NCBI GenBank assembly: GCA_965637545.1
Contig: OZ281497.1
Location: forward strand, 22,072,001 to 22,136,000
DNA from: Phallusia mammillata
Taxonomy: Eukaryota
Reading direction: 5' to 3'
Length of the DNA stretch: 64,000 bases
Positions 52,501-64,000 of the stretch are shown piece after piece. The notes beneath the pieces were generated by a model. It saw only the letters and a list, made by a program, of their open reading frames with translations. It was not told where the DNA came from and searched no databases. The position numbers were made by a program, and so were the translations under genes. How positions within the stretch are numbered: the stretch's first letter is position 1; each line of letters begins with the position of its first letter.

Positions 52501-55500
52501 GTAAAATCAGATCAGTGCTGTTTGGTTTGTGCGACGGGTCTACAATGATAGAGTTACAACCGGTTTGTTGGTGGCTAATAACTCGCTGGTGGAAGTTATT
52601 TTACCAGTTGTAGGTACTTTGATGGTCGTTGTTGACTCATTTACGGGTGTTGGTTTGTCGGTGGTTGTTGGTGTGAAGGTTGGTGTTTGCTCTGTTGTAA
52701 AATTCTTGCAGTCTGTATAACAACAGGTATATTCCTTTCAGGTCTATACGATTTCAAGCACTTTTTTATCTTCTTTGTTTAACCGGTCACGGTTTATAGC
52801 GGTGGTACAGTTTATAAAGTATGTTTTTGTACAGCAAGAAACCAACCTGTGTCACAGTGTGGAACGACATGAGAGTAAATGTTAGTAAGAATGGATGGAA
52901 GTTGTTCAAAGGATCCCACTGTGGTTACTCTTTCATCAGATATTCCTCCATTGGCGCTTATTTGAAGTTGCTCATGGCTTACTCTTGTGCCAATTCCAAT
53001 GACGTAGACGGTGACGTTGTTGGATTGAGTCAGGGCAAAACTTAAAACGAAATAGTCTTGTAAGAAACTTTTCGCTGTAATATCACGATTCTTTATTTCT
53101 GATCAATATTTAAATTGCATTATTGACAATGTGTCAGGACAAGGTTTAAACTTTGCAAAATCTTGCAACCTGGTATGAAGCAGTTTGTAATCTGTCGCTG
53201 CTCCATCGGTGATGAGAACTAGGACCTTATTGGCAAAATCTGCCCTTAATGATTGATTGAAATTGATCTAAACAAAATGAAAATACAGTCAACTTGTACT
53301 TTATAAGATGGTTAAATAAATTTTACACTTGCAGCTACATATCTGTTTGTGTACTTCTTGGCCCTTATCAAATTTCTTCTGTTTGAACACCGGTATTTAA
53401 AACAACGAGTAACCGAACTTACTTTCACGGCACGTTCGATCGCCCTTGCAGTATAGGTATTGGCTGCTTTCAAATGCTTCATATTCATAAAAGAGTCTTG
53501 CAAACATTGGATTGTTTTGCATTCACCAAGTTCAGTAGGCGATTGATAGTGAATTGGGCTCGTTGATAAATAAGTGAGGCTGAAAGCAAATTTTGAAAAT
53601 AGTGTATGAATTAAAAAAAATCATTTAGGAATGAAAGGTTACTTTCTGCCGTTTAATTGGCCATATTGAAGAACTCCAACTTGTAGGCAGGAACAAATGG
53701 AACGCGTGAAGCTTAAAGACGAATTAAGAAGACCTTCTCTGATTGTTTCAAAACTTGAAGAGCTTATTGAATTCGAAGAGTCCACAAGTAAAATCAGATC
53801 AGTGCTGTTTGGTTTGGGCGACGGGTCTACAATGATAGAGTTACAACCGGTTTGTTGGTGGCTAATAACTCGCTGGTGGAAGTTATTTTACCAGTTGTAG
53901 GTACTTTGATGGTCGTTGTTGACTCATTTACGGGTGTTGGTTTGTCGGTGGTTGTTGGTGTGAAGGTTGGTGTTTGCTCTGTTGTAAAATTCTTGCAGTC
54001 TGTATAACAACAGGTATATTCCTTTCAGGTCTATACGATTTCAAGCACTTTTTTATCTTCGTTGTTTATCCGGTCAAGGTTTATAGCTGTGGTACAGTTT
54101 ATAAAGTATGTTTTTGTACAGCAAGAAACCAACCTGTGTCACAGTGTGGAACGACATGAGAGTAAATGCTAGTAAGAATGGATGGAAGTTGTTCAAAGGA
54201 TCCCACTGTGGTTACTCTTTCATCAGATATTCCTCCATTGGCGCTTATTTGAAGTTGCTCATGGCTTACTCTTGTGCCAATTCCAATGGCGTAGACGGTG
54301 ACGTTGTTGGATTGAGTCAGGGCAAAACTTAAAACGAAATAGTCTTGTAAGAAACTTTTCGCTGTAATATCACGATTCTTAATTTCTTATCAATATTTGA
54401 TATTGCATTATTGACAATGTGTCAGGACAAGGTTTAAACTTTGCAAAATCTTGCAACCTGGTATGAAGCAGTTTGTAATCTGTCGCTGCTCCATCGGTGA
54501 TGAGAACTAGGACCTTATTGGCAAAATCTGCCCTTAATGATTGATTGAAATTGATCTAAACAAAATGAAAATACAGTCAACTTGTACTTTATAAAAAGGT
54601 TAAATAAATTTCACACTTATAGCTACATATCTGTTTGTGTACTTCTTGGCCCTTATCAAATTTCTTCTGTTTGAACACCGGTATTTAAAACAACAAGTAA
54701 CCGAACTTACTTTCACGGCACGTTCGATCGCCCTTGCAGTATAGGTATTGGCTGCTTTCAAATGCTTCATATTCATAAAAGAGTCTTGCAAACATTGGAT
54801 TGTTTTGCATTCACCAAGTTCAGTAGGCGATTGATAGTGAATTGGGCTCGTTGATAAATAAGTGAGGCTGAAAGCAAATTTTGAAAATAGTGTATGAAAA
54901 AATCATTTAGAAATGAAAGGTTACTTTCTGCCGTTTAACTGGCCATATTGAAGAACTCCAACTTGTAGGCAGGAACAAATGGAACGCGTGAAGCTCAAAG
55001 ACGAATTAAGAAGACCTTCTCTGATTGTTTCGAAACTTGAAGAGCTTATTGAATTCGAAGAGTCCACAAGTAAAATCAGATCAGTGCTGTTTGGTTTGGG
55101 CGACGGGTCTACAATGATAGAGTTACAACCGGTTTGTTGGTGGCTAATAACTCGCTGGTGGAAGTTATTTTACCAGTTGTAGGTACTTTGATGGTCGTTG
55201 TTGACTCATTTACGGGTGTTGGTTTGTCGGTGGTTGTTGGTGTGAAGGTTGGTGTTTGCTCTGTTGTAAAATTCTTGCAGTCTGTATAACAACAGGTATA
55301 TTCCTTTCAGGTCTATACGATTTCAAGCACTTTTTTATCTTCGTTGTTTAACCGGTCAAGGTTTATAGCGGTGGTACAGTTTATAAAGTATGTTTTTGTA
55401 CAGCAAGAAACCAACCTGTGTCACAGTGTGGAACGACATGAGAGTAAATGTTAGTAAGAATGGATGGAAGTTGTTCAAAGGATCCCACTGTGGTTACTCT

Positions 55501-58500
55501 TTCATCAGATATTCCTCCATTGGCGCTTATTTGAAGTTGCTCATGGCTTACTCTTGTGCCAATTCCAATGACGTAGACGGTGACGTTGTTGGATTGAGTC
55601 AGGGCAAAACTTAAAACGAAATAGTCTTGTAAGAAACTTTTCGCTGTAATATCACGATTCTTTATTTCTTATCAATATTTAAATTGCATTATTGACAATG
55701 TGTCAGGACAAGGTTTAAACTTTGCAAAATCTTGCAACCTGGTATGAAGCAGTTTGTAATCTGTCGCTGCTCCATCGGTGATGAGAACTAGGACCTTATT
55801 GGCAAAATCTGCCCTTAATGATTGATTGAAATTGATCTAAACAAAATGAAAATACAGTCAACTTGTACTTTATAAGATGGTTAAATAAATTTTACACTTG
55901 CAGCTACATATCTGTTTGTGTACTTCTTGGCCCTTATCAAATTTCTTCTGTTTGAACACCGGTATTTAAAACAACAAGTAACCGAACTTACTTTCACGGC
56001 ACGTTCGATCGCCCTTGCAGTATAGGTATTGGCTGCTTTCAAATGCTTCATATTCATAAAAGAGTCTTGCAAACATTGGATTGTTTTGCATTCACCAAGT
56101 TCAGTAGGCGATTGATAGTGAATTGGGCTCGTTGATAAATAAGTGAGGCTGAAAGCAAATTTTGAAAATAGTGTATGAATTAAAAAAAATCATTTAGGAA
56201 TGAAAGGTTACTTTCTGCCGTTTAATTGGCCATATTGAAGAACTCCAACTTGTAGGCAGGAACAAATGGAACGCGTGAAGCTTAAAGACGAATTAAGAAG
56301 ACCTTCTCTGATTGTTTCAAAACTTGAAGAGCTTATTGAATTCGAAGAGTCCACAAGTAAAATCAGATCAGTGCTGTTTGGTTTGGGCGACGGGTCTACA
56401 ATGATAGAGTTACAACCGGTTTGTTGGTGGCTAATAACTCGCTGGTGGAAGTTATTTTACCAGTTGTAGGTACTTTGATGGTCGTTGTTGACTCATTTAC
56501 GGGTGTTGGTTTGTCGGTGGTTGTTGGTGTGAAGGTTGGTGTTTGCTCTGTTGTAAAATTCTTGCAGTCTGTATAACAACAGGTATATTCCTTTCAGGTC
56601 TATACGATTTCAAGCACTTTTTTATCTTCGTTGTTTAACCGGTCAAGGTTTATAGCTGTGGTACAGTTTATAAAGTATGTTTTTGTACAGCAAGAAACCA
56701 ACCTGTGTCACAGTGTGGAACGACATGAGAGTAAATGCTAGTAAGAATGGATGGAAGTTGTTCAAAGGATCCCACTGTGGTTACTCTTTCATCAGATATT
56801 CCTCCATTGGCGCTTATTTGAAGTTGCTCATGGCTTACTCTTGTGCCAATTCCAATGGCGTAGACGGTGACGTTGTTGGATTGAGTCAGGGCAAAACTTA
56901 AAACGAAATAGTCTTGTAAGAAACTTTTCGCTGTAATATCACGATTCTTAATTTCTTATCAATATTTGATATTGCATTATTGACAATGTGTCAGGACAAG
57001 GTTTAAACTTTGCAAAATCTTGCAACCTGGTATGAAGCAGTTTGTAATCTGTCGCTGCTCCATCGGTGATGAGAACTAGGACCTTATTGGCAAAATCTGC
57101 CCTTAATGATTGATTGAAATTGATCTAAACAAAATGAAAATACAGTCAACTTGTACTTTATAAAAAGGTTAAATAAATTTCACACTTATAGCTACATATC
57201 TGTTTGTGTACTTCTTGGCCCTTATCAAATTTCTTCTGTTTGAACACCGGTATTTAAAACAACAAGTAACCGAACTTACTTTCACGGCACGTTCGATCGC
57301 CCTTGCAGTATAGGTATTGGCTGCTTTCAAATGCTTCATATTCATAAAAGAGTCTTGCAAACATTGGATTGTTTTGCATTCACCAAGTTCAGTAGGCGAT
57401 TGATAGTGAATTGGGCTCGTTGATAAATAAGTGAGGCTGAAAGCAAATTTTGAAAATAGTGTATGAAAAAATCATTTAGAAATGAAAGGTTACTTTCTGC
57501 CGTTTAACTGGCCATATTGAAGAACTCCAACTTGTAGGCAGGAACAAATGGAACGCGTGAAGCTCAAAGACGAATTAAGAAGACCTTCTCTGATTGTTTC
57601 GAAACTTGAAGAGCTTATTGAATTCGAAGAGTCCACAAGTAAAATCAGATCAGTGCTGTTTGGTTTGGGCGACGGGTCTACAATGATAGAGTTACAACCG
57701 GTTTGTTGGTGGCTAATAACTCGCTGGTGGAAGTTATTTTACCAGTTGTAGGTACTTTGATGGTCGTTGTTGACTCATTTACGGGTGTTGGTTTGTCGGT
57801 GGTTGTTGGTGTGAAGGTTGGTGTTTGCTCTGTTGTAAAATTCTTGCAGTCTGTATAACAACAGGTATATTCCTTTCAGGTCTATACGATTTCAAGCACT
57901 TTTTTATCTTCGTTGTTTAACCGGTCAAGGTTTATAGCGGTGGTACAGTTTATAAAGTATGTTTTTGTACAGCAAGAAACCAACCTGTGTCACAGTGTGG
58001 AACGACATGAGAGTAAATGTTAGTAAGAATGGATGGAAGTTGTTCAAAGGATCCCACTGTGGTTACTCTTTCATCAGATATTCCTCCATTGGCGCTTATT
58101 TGAAGTTGCTCATGGCTTACTCTTGTGCCAATTCCAATGACGTAGACGGTGACGTTGTTGGATTGAGTCAGGGCAAAACTTAAAACGAAATAGTCTTGTA
58201 AGAAACTTTTCGCTGTAATATCACGATTCTTTATTTCTTATCAATATTTAAATTGCATTATTGACAATGTGTCAGGACAAGGTTTAAACTTTGCAAAATC
58301 TTGCAACCTGGTATGAAGCAGTTTGTAATCTGTCGCTGCTCCATCGGTGATGAGAACTAGGACCTTATTGGCAAAATCTGCCCTTAATGATTGATTGAAA
58401 TTGATCTAAACAAAATGAAAATACAGTCAACTTGTACTTTATAAGATGGTTAAATAAATTTCACACTTGCAGCTACATATCTGTTTGTGTACTTCTTGGC

Positions 58501-61500
58501 CCTTATCAAATTTCTTCTGTTTGAACACCGGTATTTAAAACAACAAGTAACCGAACTTACTTTCACGGCACGTTCGATCGCCCTTGCAGTATAGGTATTG
58601 GCTGCTTTCAAATGCTTCATATTCATAAAAGAGTCTTGCAAACATTGGATTGTTTTGCATTCACCAAGTTCAGTAGGCGATTGATAGTGAATTGGGCTCG
58701 TTGATAAATAAGTGAGGCTGAAAGCAAATTTTGAAAATAGTGTATGAAAAAAAATTTAGAAATGAAAGGTTACTTTCTGCCGTTTAACTGGCCATATTGA
58801 AGAACTCCAACTTGTAGGCAGGAACAAATGGAACGCGTGAAGCTTAAAGACGAATTAAGAAGACCTTCTCTGATTGTTTCAAAACTTGAAGAGCTTATTG
58901 AATTCGAAGAGTCCACAAGTAAAATCAGATCAGTGCTGTTTGGTTTGGGCGACGGGTCTACAATGATAGAGTTACAACCGGTTTGTTGGTGGCTAATAAC
59001 TCGCTGGTGGAAGTTATTTTACCAGTTGTAGGTACTTTGATGGTCGTTGTTGACTCATTTACGGGTGTTGGTTTGTCGGTGGTTGTTGGTGTGAAGGTTG
59101 GTGTTTGCTCTGTTGTAAAATTCTTGCAGTCTGTATAACAACAGGTATATTCCTTTCAGGTCTATACGATTTCAAGCACTTTTTTATCTTCGTTGTTTAA
59201 CCGGTCAAGGTTTATAGCGGTGGTACAGTTTATAAAGTATGTTTTTGTACAGCAAGAAACCAACCTGTGTCACAGTGTGGAACGACATGAGAGTAAATGT
59301 TAGTAAGAATGGATGGAAGTTGTTCAAAGGATCCCACTGTGGTTACTCTTTCATCAGATATTCCTCCATTGGCGCTTATTTGAAGTTGCTCATGGCTTAC
59401 TCTTGTGCCAATTCCAATGACGTAGACGGTGACGTTGTTGGATTGAGTCAGGGCAAAACTTAAAACGAAATAGTCTTGTAAGAAACTTTTCGCTGTAATA
59501 TCACGATTCTTTATTTCTTATCAATATTTAAATTGCATTATTGACAATGTGTCAGGACAAGGTTTAAACTTTGCAAAATCTTGCAACCTGGTATGAAGCA
59601 GTTTGTAATCTGTCGCTGCTCCATCGGTGATGAGAACTAGGACCTTATTGGCAAAATCTGCCCTTAATGATTGATTGAAATTGATCTAAACAAAATGAAA
59701 ATACAGTCAACTTGTACTTTATAAGATGGTTAAATAAATTTCACACTTGCAGCTACATATCTGTTTGTGTACTTCTTGGCCCTTATCAAATTTCTTCTGT
59801 TTGAACACCGGTATTTAAAACAACAAGTAACCGAACTTACTTTCACGGCACGTTCGATCGCCCTTGCAGTATAGGTATTGGCTGCTTTCAAATGCTTCAT
59901 ATTCATAAAAGAGTCTTGCAAACATTGGATTGTTTTGCATTCACCAAGTTCAGTAGGCGATTGATAGTGAATTGGGCTCGTTGATAAATAAGTGAGGCTG
60001 AAAGCAAATTTTGAAAATAGTGTATGAAAAAAAATTTAGAAATGAAAGGTTACTTTCTGCCGTTTAACTGGCCATATTGAAGAACTCCAACTTGTAGGCA
60101 GGAACAAATGGAACGCGTGAAGCTTAAAGACGAATTAAGAAGACCTTCTCTGATTGTTTCAAAACTTGAAGAGCTTATTGAATTCGAAGAGTCCACAAGT
60201 AAAATCAGATCAGTGCTGTTTGGTTTGGGCGACGGGTCTACAATGATAGAGTTACAACCGGTTTGTTGATGGTGGCTAATAACTCGCTGATGGAAGGTAT
60301 TTTACCAGTTGTAGGTACTTTGATGGTCGTTGTTGACTCATTTACGGGTGTTGGTTTGTCGGTGGTTATTGGTGTGAAGGTTGGTGTTTGCTCTGTTGTA
60401 AAATTCTTGCAGTCTGTATAACAGCAGGTATATTCCTTTCAGGTCTATACGATTTCAAGCACTTTTTTATCTTCGTTGTTTAACCGGTCAAGGTTTATAG
60501 CGGTGGTACAGTTTATAAAGTATGTTTTTGTACAGCAAGAAACCAACCTGTGTCACAGTGTGGAACGACATGAGAGTAAATGTTAGTAAGAATGGATGGA
60601 AGTTGTTCAAAGGATCCCACTGTGGTTACTCTTTCATCAGATATTCCTCCATTGGCGCTTATTTGAAGTTGCTCATGGCTTACTCTTGTGCCAATTCCAA
60701 TGACGTAGACGGTGACGTTGTTGGATTGAGTCAGGGCAAAACTTAAAACGAAATAGTCTTGTAAGAAACTTTTCGCTGTAATATCACGATTCTTTATTTC
60801 TGATCAATATTTAAATTGCATTATTGACAATGTGTCAGGACAAGGTTTAAACTTTGCAAAATCTTGCAACCTGGTATGAAGCAGTTTGTAATCTGTCGCT
60901 GCTCCATCGGTGATGAGAACTAGGACCTTATTGGCAAAATCTGCCCTTAATGATTGATTGAAATTGATCTAAACAAAATGAAAATACAGTCAACTTGTAC
61001 TTTATAAGATGGTTAAATAAATTTCACACTTGCAGCTACATATCTGTTTGTGTACTTCTTGGCCCTTATCAAATTTCTTCTGTTTGAACACCGGTATTTA
61101 AAACAACAAGTAACCGAACTTACTTTCACGGCACGTTCGATCGCCCTTGCAGTATAGGTATTGGCTGCTTTCAAATGCTTCATATTCATAAAAGAGTCTT
61201 GCAAACATTGGATTGTTTTGCATTCACCAAGTTCAGTAGGCGATTGATAGTGAATTGGGCTCGTTGATAAATAAGTGAGGCTGAAAGCAAATTTTGAAAA
61301 TAGTGTATGAAAAAATCATTTAGAAATGAAAGGTTACTTTCTGCCGTTTAACTGGCCATATTGAAGAACTCCAACTTGTAGGCAGGAACAAATGGAACGC
61401 GTGAAGCTCAAAGACGAATTAAGAAGACCTTCTCTGATTGTTTCGAAACTTGAAGAGCTTATTGAATTCGAAGAGTCCACAAGTAAAATCAGATCAGTGC

Positions 61501-64000
61501 TGTTTGGTTTGGGCGACGGGTCTACAATGATAGAGTTACAACCGGTTTGTTGGTGGCTAATAACTCGCTGGTGGAAGTTATTTTACCAGTTGTAGGTACT
61601 TTGATGGTCGTTGTTGACTCATTTACGGGTGTTGGTTTGTCGGTGGTTGTTGGTGTGAAGGTTGGTGTTTGCTCTGTTGTAAAATTCTTGCAGTCTGTAT
61701 AACAACAGGTATATTCCTTTCAGGTCTATACGATTTCAAGCACTTTTTTATCTTCGTTGTTTAACCGGTCAAGGTTTATAGCGGTGGTACAGTTTATAAA
61801 GTATGTTTTTGTACAGCAAGAAACCAACCTGTGTCACAGTGTGGAACGACATGAGAGTAAATGTTAGTAAGAATGGATGGAAGTTGTTCAAAGGATCCCA
61901 CTGTGGTTACTCTTTCATCAGATATTCCTCCATTGGCGCTTATTTGAAGTTGCTCATGGCTTACTCTTGTGCCAATTCCAATGACGTAGACGGTGACGTT
62001 GTTGGATTGAGTCAGGGCAAAACTTAAAACGAAATAGTCTTGTAAGAAACTTTTCGCTGTAATATCACGATTCTTTATTTCTGATCAATATTTAAATTGC
62101 ATTATTGACAATGTGTCAGGACAAGGTTTAAACTTTGCAAAATCTTGCAACCTGGTATGAAGCAGTTTGTAATCTGTCGCTGCTCCATCGGTGATGAGAA
62201 CTAGGACCTTATTGGCAAAATCTGCCCTTAATGATTGATTGAAATTGATCTAAACAAAATGAAAATACAGTCAACTTGTACTTTATAAGATGGTTAAATA
62301 AATTTCACACTTGCAGCTACATATCTGTTTGTGTACTTCTTGGCCCTTATCAAATTTCTTCTGTTTGAACACCGGTATTTAAAACAACAAGTAACCGAAC
62401 TTACTTTCACGGCACGTTCGATCGCCCTTGCAGTATAGGTATTGGCTGCTTTCAAATGCTTCATATTCATAAAAGAGTCTTGCAAACATTGGATTGTTTT
62501 GCATTCACCAAGTTCAGTAGGCGATTGATAGTGAATTGGGCTCGTTGATAAATAAGTGAGGCTGAAAGCAAATTTTGAAAATAGTGTATGAAAAAATCAT
62601 TTAGAAATGAAAGGTTACTTTCTGCCGTTTAACTGGCCATATTGAAGAACTCCAACTTGTAGGCAGGAACAAATGGAACGCGTGAAGCTCAAAGACGAAT
62701 TAAGAAGACCTTCTCTGATTGTTTCGAAACTTGAAGAGCTTATTGAATTCGAAGAGTCCACAAGTAAAATCAGATCAGTGCTGTTTGGTTTGGGCGACGG
62801 GTCTACAATGATAGAGTTACAACCGGTTTGTTGGTGGCTAATAACTCGCTGGTGGAAGTTATTTTACCAGTTGTAGGTACTTTGATGGTCGTTGTTGACT
62901 CATTTACGGGTGTTGGTTTGTCGGTGGTTGTTGGTGTGAAGGTTGGTGTTTGCTCTGTTGTAAAATTCTTGCAGTCTGTATAACAACAGGTATATTCCTT
63001 TCAGGTCTATACGATTTCAAGCACTTTTTTATCTTCGTTGTTTAACCGGTCAAGGTTTATAGCGGTGGTACAGTTTATAAAGTATGTTTTTGTACAGCAA
63101 GAAACCAACCTGTGTCACAGTGTGGAACGACATGAGAGTAAATGTTAGTAAGAATGGATGGAAGTTGTTCAAAGGATCCCACTGTGGTTACTCTTTCATC
63201 AGATATTCCTCCATTGGCGCTTATTTGAAGTTGCTCATGGCTTACTCTTGTGCCAATTCCAATGACGTAGACGGTGACGTTGTTGGATTGAGTCAGGGCA
63301 AAACTTAAAACGAAATAGTCTTGTAAGAAACTTTTCGCTGTAATATCACGATTCTTTATTTCTGATCAATATTTAAATTGCATTATTGACAATGTGTCAG
63401 GACAAGGTTTAAACTTTGCAAAATCTTGCAACCTGGTATGAAGCAGTTTGTAATCTGTCGCTGCTCCATCGGTGATGAGAACTAGGACCTTATTGGCAAA
63501 ATCTGCCCTTAATGATTGATTGAAATTGATCTAAACAAAATGAAAATACAGTCAACTTGTACTTTATAAGATGGTTAAATAAATTTCACACTTGCAGCTA
63601 CATATCTGTTTGTGTACTTCTTGGCCCTTATCAAATTTCTTCTGTTTGAACACCGGTATTTAAAACAACAAGTAACCGAACTTACTTTCACGGCACGTTC
63701 GATCGCCCTTGCAGTATAGGTATTGGCTGCTTTCAAATGCTTCATATTCATAAAAGAGTCTTGCAAACATTGGATTGTTTTGCATTCACCAAGTTCAGTA
63801 GGCGATTGATAGTGAATTGGGCTCGTTGATAAATAAGTGAGGCTGAAAGCAAATTTTGAAAATAGTGTATGAAAAAAAATTTAGAAATGAAAGGTTACTT
63901 TCTGCCGTTTAACTGGCCATATTGAAGAACTCCAACTTGTAGGCAGGAACAAATGGAACGCGTGAAGCTTAAAGACGAATTAAGAAGACCTTCTCTGATT
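37518..64000 (-). CDS. Giant multi-VWA extracellular protein, 5'-partial: at least 20 tandem VWA domains with Thr/Pro linkers, then a Ser/Thr stalk and hydrophobic C-terminus
   Basis: Example exons: B 45869-45713 (157 nt), C 45557-45460 (98), D 45330-45137 (194), E 45002-44895 (108), A 44829-44646 (184). All are GT-AG with compatible phases; total 741 nt = 247 aa per unit. Motifs DLILLVDSSNS, LQVGVLQYG, ANTYTARAI, KVLVLITDG, VTVYVIGIG. Terminal exons 38439-38246, 38086-37907, 37693-37518. No exonic stop or frameshift noticed by eye. Confidence 0.88.
38554..39031. mobile_element. Degenerate hAT MITE in the C-D intron of the terminal VWA unit only
   Basis: Termini cagtgctggggaa ... ttcccaatccctg. 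Flanks gtttagaa / gtttggac correspond to the empty site gtttaaac in the other units. Confidence 0.72.
39296..64000. repeat. Coding tandem array (macrosatellite), period 1280-1287 bp, >19 copies, open-ended at the window edge
   Basis: Homologous positions at 39568, 40852, 42137, 43420, 44700, 45980, 47267, 48554, 49841, 51128, 52410, 53697, 54979, 56266, 57548, 58828, 60108, 61392, 62673 and 63953. Confidence 0.98.

Noticed and set aside
39568-63308. Recurrent + strand ORFs (MERVKLKDELRR.., MFLYSKKPTC..)
   Set aside because: They are antisense shadows of VWA exons A and D. One copy (~60108) is broken by a stop with no effect on the - strand gene.
39296-64000. Array interpreted as many separate small genes or as mutually exclusive exon cassettes
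   Set aside because: Units have no start or signal exon and no space for a promoter, and their phases join head to tail. Skipping of whole units cannot be excluded, but near-identical units would add little sequence diversity.

Overview
AT-rich eukaryotic DNA with short GT-AG introns; an invertebrate chordate such as a tunicate is plausible but is only inference. From left to right: (1) a 1.4-1.6 kb non-coding tandem duplication and many hAT-type MITEs; (2) a 5-exon, ~346-aa Golgi carbohydrate sulfotransferase gene (Sulfotransfer_2/CHST8-14-like, + strand); (3) two single-VWA-domain genes on the - strand, one a pseudogene and one apparently intact; (4) a complete but decayed 5.7 kb CACTA/EnSpm-like (CMC) transposon carrying a nested MITE; (5) a pseudogenised partial copy of the sulfotransferase; (6) the 3' part of a giant - strand gene, from 37.5 kb to the window edge. 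The giant gene is built from at least 20 near-identical ~1.28 kb cassettes. Each cassette has 5 exons and 5 introns and splices in frame to 247 aa: a MIDAS-bearing VWA domain plus a Thr/Pro-rich linker. The predicted product is >4,900 aa and ends in a Ser/Thr stalk with a hydrophobic tail. The cassette is a mosaic of the two neighbouring single-VWA paralogs, so its origin by fusion and amplification can be reconstructed from this window.
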